Assembly (NCBI RefSeq): GCF_009914755.1
Contig: NC_060938.1
DNA length: 64,000 nucleotides
Reading direction: 5' to 3' (one strand)
Source: the human T2T-CHM13v2.0 reference genome, Homo sapiens
Shown: in pieces, positions 54,726 to 64,000 of the stretch
How the letters are laid out: each line of letters starts with the position of its first letter
Position numbering within the stretch: position 1 is the first letter of the stretch
Made by a program: the position numbers and the translations under genes
The notes under the pieces: generated by a model
What the model saw: the letters and a program-made list of their open reading frames with translations, nothing else
The model's database searches: none
Told to the model about the DNA's origin: nothing

Positions 54726-55416
54726 CTCTCATTGTGGTCACATTTGTCTTTGCTCCATTAAATGGGGTTTTGGTGTTTGGTTTCAGTGCTGAGGGGAAAC
54801 CAATGGATTGACACAGGAAAGAGTCCTCCCCAGTCCTTCTGGCTCCTTTCCCCTCCCCTCTTTTAAACCCCACCAGTCTTCAACGCCCGGCTCCCATGCT
54901 GCTTCTCTCTACTTTCTCCTCACCCTCCACCAGCGACTGTCTGCACCACTTACCTGGCCCATTATCAGGTGCCACCCCAATGGCTTTTTGAGGTATGTGC
55001 TCTCATGATCCAACTAGCATGTGAACTCCTTGAGGATAGTGACTGTTGCACAGGCCAGTGCTTTGTGGCCTTGACGCAGGCCCGTCCTGGGCAGGCCCTC
55101 TCTAAATGACATGTCCTGTTCATGTGGAGGGAGGTGTGGGACTGCATCAAGAATGGGAAGGTAGGGCTTGAGAACATAAATCCCAGCTCTGCCAGCTGCT
55201 AATGGCTTCACATCTCTGTCGATCCCCTCTCCAAGGTGGGAGAAAAGACAGAGGTTAAGGAAATGGCATCTGTAGTATGCACACCTGTCTGGGAATTCCA
55301 GCCTCACATTTCAGCTGAAGCAGGCCTGGTCACATTAATACCTACCCAGCCTTGTGCATTGCTCTGTGGTCTTCCAAGCACTTCGTTCGCATTTTGTCAT
55401 GGTTCTTACATAATTA

Positions 55417-55791
<375 letters not shown>

Positions 55792-55962
55792 TCAGAGAGG
55801 GGACATTATTTACCCCATATCCCAGGGCCAGTAAATGGAAGAGCTGAGATTAGAACCAATATCTCTTGCTTTCTACTGCAGAACTCATCCCCTGCACATG
55901 ACTGCCCATCTCTTAGACATACGTACCAAATGTCTCTCCCCTGCTCAAAAATGCTCGATAGT

Positions 55963-57149
<1,187 letters not shown>

Positions 57150-57150
<1 letters not shown>

Positions 57151-57440
57151 TCTTAGTTAGCAATCGCCATATAACAAATCATCTCAAAAACCCTGGCCTA
57201 AAACAACTACCGTCTACTATTACAGCTCACATGTCTGTGGTTGGCAGACGGCTGGGGCAGCGTAGCTCCACTCCACCTGTCTCTCATCCTCCTCCGGGGC
57301 CCAGTGGACTTGCCTGGGCATATTCTTCTCATGGCAAGGGCAGAGGCACAAAGCTGAGCAAGGCTAGCTGTACAAGTGTGGTTCAAGACCCTGGCTAAGC
57401 CATGCCCACCATCATCCCACTGGCCAAGGGAAAGCCACCA
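57150..57440 (-). mobile_element. Old MLT1 LTR fragment
   Basis: ataacaaatcatctcaaaa...ggcatattcttctcatggc...catcccactggccaag. Confidence 0.55.
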
Positions 57441-58245
57441 AGTCAGCTACTAACTCCCACCCTTACCACCTCTTAAATATCTTTGGGATCCATCCCCTCC
57501 TCTTCATTACTCTTCTCATTGCTGCCACTGCTCTGGTTCACGCCCTCATCATGTCTCACCTGGATGACTCCAAAGGTCTCCCAGCTTTGCCTTCTTCCTT
57601 CTAATTCACTCATCACAGGATGAAAGAGTGTGTAGAAAAAACGCAACCTTTCTAAAATGCAAATCCGATGTTTCTCACCACTTGAAGCCCATGAGTGGAT
57701 CTTCAACATCTACAGAGTAAATAAAGCTCAAACCCCTGGGGACGGCTGGCAAAGCCCTTCACAACTCGTCCCTGCCTCCAATCCTGTCCTCCAGATCTCT
57801 ACCTTGCTGTTTTTGCTACCTGGGCCCCACCCAGGGCCGGTGAACCCTCCTTTAAGACCCAGCTCCTCCTCTGTGAGGACTTTCCTAAGCACCCTGACTC
57901 CAGAGTTGTCTTCCCACTTCTGCACCCTCCCTTCTCTGTGGTAATAGTGAGCACTCTGCTTCACTGGATTCATCTGAACGCCAGCATCAGCAGCCTCCTG
58001 AGGAATGCTTGTTTAAGATAGTGGTAAGAGAAAAAAGCAGGATTCAAAACTGAATATTCAACCTAACTCCGATTCTGCAAAGGCATGCATATGTGCACAT
58101 ATACAAAAAAATTAAACAACAATCATCTCTGGATGGTGATATCATATGTGCTTTTTTTCTTTATATTTTTCTGCATACTTTTTTTTCCTAACAAGCATGT
58201 ATAACTTTTATAAAACTAAAATTTCATCTTAAAAATGCTTATGGA

Positions 58246-58985
<740 letters not shown>

Positions 58986-59044
58986 TCATCCAACAACAAA
59001 CCATGCCTCACAGGTCTCAATATGGCCAGCTGGTTAAGTTCAGG

Positions 59045-59240
59045 GACCCCAGATGATCCTAACTGCCTGGGTTGGAATCCTGGCTGATGCTTTCCACCTG
59101 TGAGACCTAATGGACGCTGCCCAACCACCCTGTGCCTCAGGGTCCTTGTAGGTAAAGTGAGGATAACGGAAGTAATGACCACAGAAGGCTGTTGTGAGGA
59201 CGAATGAACTCGTACATATACACTACTTAAAATACAGCTA
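59045..59240 (+). mobile_element. MIR
   Basis: actgcctgggttggaatcctggct...ggctgttgtgaggacgaatga. Confidence 0.6.
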
Positions 59241-60139
59241 AGGCTCCAGAAAGGGCAGCTGTCATTTCTGGCACAGAGCCAGACCTCTGGACAGCCCCTC
59301 CTGCTTTTACACCGCCTCTTACCCGATGCAGGGTCACTGTGCCCCTGCTCTCGGCAGCCTCCAGGCAGCCCTTCCTGTCAAGCAGGTTAGGTCTTCATCA
59401 CAACCCTGAGCACCAAGCTAGCGAGCCAAGAAATCGGGTGGCAATAATAACCCCACATATGGCCCTCAGGAGAACAAAACTCCCACAGACATCCCGGGAG
59501 ACTGAAGGTGAGCCTCCAGCTTCCCTGTGGCTACCGAGGGATGAATGGAAGAGGAAGGGTGTCAGAGCCAGCCCGAGGGGCAGACTTGAAAAGATGGTGG
59601 AATGAAAGGGGCACAGCCTCTCACCCCCTCATTTAACCTCCTACCCCCGGGCAGGAGAGAACAGATCCAGGCTCCAGGGGAACACACTGAGGCGGTCTGA
59701 GGGCCTGAGACAGATGGCACAGCACAGGGATGTGGAGACCTCTGGACCTCCTACCCCAACTCAGGCCCCATGACCTGCACGTATCCCCCTGGCTCTTCCA
59801 ACCCCCAGGGCCCGGGCTGAGGGAACAGGAACCTCACAGGGGCTCTCCTGCAGCAGCCTGACATGACTGTGTGGATCTCATTACTCAGGCCAGACCCCAG
59901 CCTTGAAGCTGACTTTAAACCCTGCTCTTCTTGCCTCTGATCTCTCTGGGATGGCCCAGACCGGTTTCCCAGCTGGTAACAGACGGGAGGGTCCAGTCTC
60001 TTCCCCAACCCCAGCAAGTAACTTGGGAGAGTCAGATCCCAAAACCCTTGGAGCAGAAGCAAGAAGAAAGGGGTAGCTGTCAAAGGGAGAGAGAAACCTA
60101 GGGTGAGAGACAGGAAGTTGCTGAACAGAAGAGAGGATG

Positions 60140-60433
60140 GAGTTCATGCCTGCAGTCCCAGCACTTTTGGAGGCTGAGGTGGGAGAATAGCTTGAGGCCA
60201 GGAGTTCAAGACCAGCCTGGGCAACATAGCGAGACCACCATCTCTACAAAAAGAAAAAAAAGTAGGCTGGTTTGATGTGGTGTGCCTGTAGTCCCAGACG
60301 CTAAGGCAGGAGGATCCCTTGAGTTCAAGAGTTTGAGGCTACAGTGAGCTATGATTGTGCCACTGCACTCCAGCATGGACAATGAGCAAGACCCTGTCTC
60401 TTAAAAAAGAAAGAAAGAAAGAAAAACAAAAAA
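60140..60433 (+). mobile_element. Alu (AluJ-like), 5'-eroded
   Basis: Diverged dimer with GAAA tail. Confidence 0.85.
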
Positions 60434-62120
60434 GCGAGATGGGGGAGAGAGAAATATGGTGTGCCCCAAGCCCAGATTCTGTTTCTGGGCAGCAGGAAGC
60501 CATGGGTAGTAGATGGAGGGGAAGCACACCACGGCAATGTCAGACAGTGTCCGAGGGCAGAACTAGGAGAACATAGCTGGTCCATGCAAGACCAACAGGG
60601 GAAATGAAAGACCTGAGTCAGGGCAGAAGATGGGGTTGAAGAGAAAGGAATAGGAGACAGTGTCATTGGCTGAGGTGGCAGCTCCCAGTGTGGTGGGGAA
60701 GATGATAATATTAGAGGCTGGGCATTGACTTGGATGCGTTTTCAGAACCCCACTCTCCAAACCCATTTCTAATCAGCACAGGAGCTGTGCTTAACTTTGA
60801 GCTAGGACAGGCTCGCCCACCCCATACAGGGCCTGACAGGCCTCTATTCCCTGCCCCGGCCTCCACCCACCCGACTCCCTATATCCTTAGGCTCCTTCCA
60901 CTAGCTCCTTGCTCAGCCCTGGGATCAGAGCCCTGGGAAAGCCTGCTGCAGGGAGAACCGGCAGCTCAGGGGACCTTGGCTTCTTTCTCCTGGTGACAAA
61001 CAAAACTGTCCTGAGACCTGTGACATGAAGATAGGACAGCCCAGGAACAGAAATTCAGGGTGGATTGAAGAGGAGGAGAGTGTGAGCAAGGTTGAATGCA
61101 GGAGGACAGAGTTTGGAGAGCAAAGGATAGCTTCACAAGCAGGGTTTCATTGAACAACATTCAAATCCGAGAGTCCTCATACCTGATGAAAGGGCCTGGG
61201 CAAACAGAGTCCCATCGAAGGGCCAGGACTCAAGGTGACTTGTGAGGTCTAGGAACTACCCCTTCAAGGGAACAGGTGATGGGGAAGGGGAAGGGGATCT
61301 GGCTTTCAGAGCCCTGTTCACTAAGAGCATCTCACCGGCTGCTCTCCGAGCCTGCTGTTCCACAGGGTGGCAGGGGACATGGCCAGCAGTTGAGAGGGGT
61401 AAAGAGGCTGCCATAAAAGTCTAAGACAGGCTGAAGGCAAAACCAGATGGAATAACTGCCCTTGGTTTTGTCAAAAACTCCCATCTTGTTTCAGGGGGCT
61501 AAGGTGCCACAACACAGTGACTCTGGGAATTTTTGTCCAGAGAAGCATCTGGCCAGAAAATTGGGATTCCCCTCCCATGCAACCGGGCTGGGAAGGCCTT
61601 CCGCTTTCACTCCACTCACTTCCCAAGCTTCACTCCCCATCCCCAGCCACCCCCATCACTACAGTTCCATGTTCTGGGGAGACCCACAGCCCTTCTAGGA
61701 GACCCCTGAGGCAACGCAGCGGGGGACAGCTTCAGGAGCCCTTGGGCGGCTCTGTGCTGAAGATAAGTGGCTTCAATGAGGAAAGGGCAGAAACCTCCCT
61801 GAACTTCCCCTGTTGTCATCAAGTTAGCAGGGAGGAAAATAGGGCTTGCCCAGGGCCAGAAGGGAAGCAAGTGGAGGGAAACTCCTGTAGCCACTGGCTG
61901 GTGCACATGCTGCAGACTTCCACCCTCTTGCTGTGGGTGCCCCCCAAGGAAAGCCCCTGGGATTAGTGATACTGCAGGCCTTGATGAAGTCCTCCCTCCA
62001 CCTCCCAAGTCACAGTAATAATAATAACCAGGTGCTCTTCTCAGTATTTCCATGTATTAACTCAAAAAATTCTCAAGCCCATTTTACAGATGGGGAAAGT
62101 GAGGCAGAAAGAGGCTACGT

Positions 62121-62535
<415 letters not shown>

Positions 62536-63174
62536 TGACTGCAGGCTCCTCTGAGGGCACTACCATTTTCTGAGTTCCTGCTTCTGGAAGGCTGGGATGG
62601 TATGTGGAGAGACAACAGGAAGCAAGGAGAAGGTTGTGAACTTCTAGGTGGTTCATTAACAAACTTCCCAACTGGGTGTCAGAGTTCCTAAAGGCTCCCA
62701 GCCTGTTCCTCGGGATCCACACAGAGGCCCTCCAGGGTCAAAGCTGACAGTCACAGGACCATGACAGCAACCAACCCTCAGGCCCCAAGGCATGCGCCAT
62801 TCAAAGGCCCCTCACCAGGACACACACAACCCAGAGGCCCCCTGACTGCCAGCCCACACCAGTGCTCCTGGGAGTCTCAGATGGCCCGGCCCAGCCCTGC
62901 CATGGAGACACCAGCCAAGAGCAGGGGCCAGCTGCCCAGAGGAGCAACAGCCAGCATGTCAGGAGGAGCGGTCCGAACACAGAGGATTTCAGGGGGCCTC
63001 AGATCCCAAGCAAACCGCAGCAGGAGGCAGGGCAGGGTGAGTGGGCTTGGGGGATGGAGTCAGTTCTGGCACAGAGGTCCCTGGGGCTCAGAAAGCGAAG
63101 GATGCCCTGCACGGGGGACTGGCAGGCTGGCATCCCAGACCTGTATGTGGCTGCCTTGCTGTTACCATTCAGAT

Positions 63175-63440
63175 CTCAGCTGAGCTGTCATATCTCAGGG
63201 ACTTTTGATCCCCAGTCCAAAATAGCCTCTCTGTCACTCACATCATTCCATTTTATTTTCTACATAGCACTTTCACTTTCTGATATGTTGCTACTTATTT
63301 ATGGTCTGTCTCTCCTCAACTAGAATGAAAACTTCATGAGAGCAGGGGCACTGTCTTGTTCACTGCTGTTTAGTCAGTGCCTAGAGTGGTGCCTGGCAAT
63401 AATACCTAGTAATACTTGTGGAATGAATGGATGGATGAGT
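63175..63440 (+). mobile_element. L2 3' end
   Basis: ctagaatgaaaacttcatgagagcagggg...agtgcctagagtggtgcctggc...gaatgaatggatgg. Confidence 0.75.
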
Positions 63441-63760
63441 GGGCCCAAACAGGCCCAGGCCCTTAAACACTGATGAGGGCAGGTATAAACAGCTAGCTGC
63501 CTCGGTCTCTCTTCCCTCCTTTCTTGAGAAATATAGCCTTCTAAAACATTTAATTCTAGCATTTAATTTTTTTTCTAATTATAAAAGCAACATGTGCTCA
63601 CAGCTGAAATTTAAACATTACAGAATGACATAGAAAGCAAAAGTTCCCTGTAATCACACATCTTAGAGAAAGTCACTATTAATGGTATGTTGTGTAGTCA
63701 TCCGGATTCAATTTTATTTTTTAAAAAGCCAATCCATGCATCATAGAAGAAGCATTCATA

Positions 63761-63899
63761 GGCCGGGCATGGGGGCTCACACCTGTAATCCCAGCATTTT
63801 GGGAGGCTGAGGCGGGAGGACTGCTTGAGCCCAGGAGTTTGAGACCAGCCTGGGCAACATAGTGAGACCTCATTTCTAATAAAGAAAAAAAAAGAAAAA
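63761..63899 (+). mobile_element. FLAM_C monomer within an old minus-strand L1ME fragment
   Basis: TSD agaagaagcattcata / agaaaaagcactcata. Confidence 0.8.
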
Positions 63900-64000
63900 G
63901 CACTCATAATTCTGAACTAACAGCGATTACCATTTCTCCTTTGCAATATTTTCCTATGTGTGTATTTTACAAGTCACCATAATATACTTATTCTGCAACC

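Overview
Primate (human-like) genomic DNA, very rich in Alu, MIR, L2, L1 and LTR repeats. The only supported protein-coding sequence is the TMEM229B coding exon (minus strand, CDS 52539-53042, 167 aa). It has a splice acceptor at 53061 and an inferred 3' UTR of about 3.1 kb with no Alu; its upstream exons were not identified in the window. The MIR5694 hairpin (20972-21047, minus) lies inside an MLT2 LTR, which is itself nested in a hAT MITE. A full-length THE1A provirus (28754-31660) carries an Alu at the equivalent position in both LTRs. The most unusual pattern is four separate inverted (fold-back or template-switch) copies at different scales: a ~1.15 kb Alu-seeded quasi-palindrome (3861-5033), the MIR5694 stem, a second pre-miRNA-sized hairpin 325 bp from it (21373-21455), and a perfect 44-bp inverted templated insertion into an intronic Alu (55305-55348 to 56105-56148). 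Repeat family names come from recalled consensus sequences, and most repeat boundaries are approximate. Almost all ORFs in the supplied track are repeat-derived or spurious.
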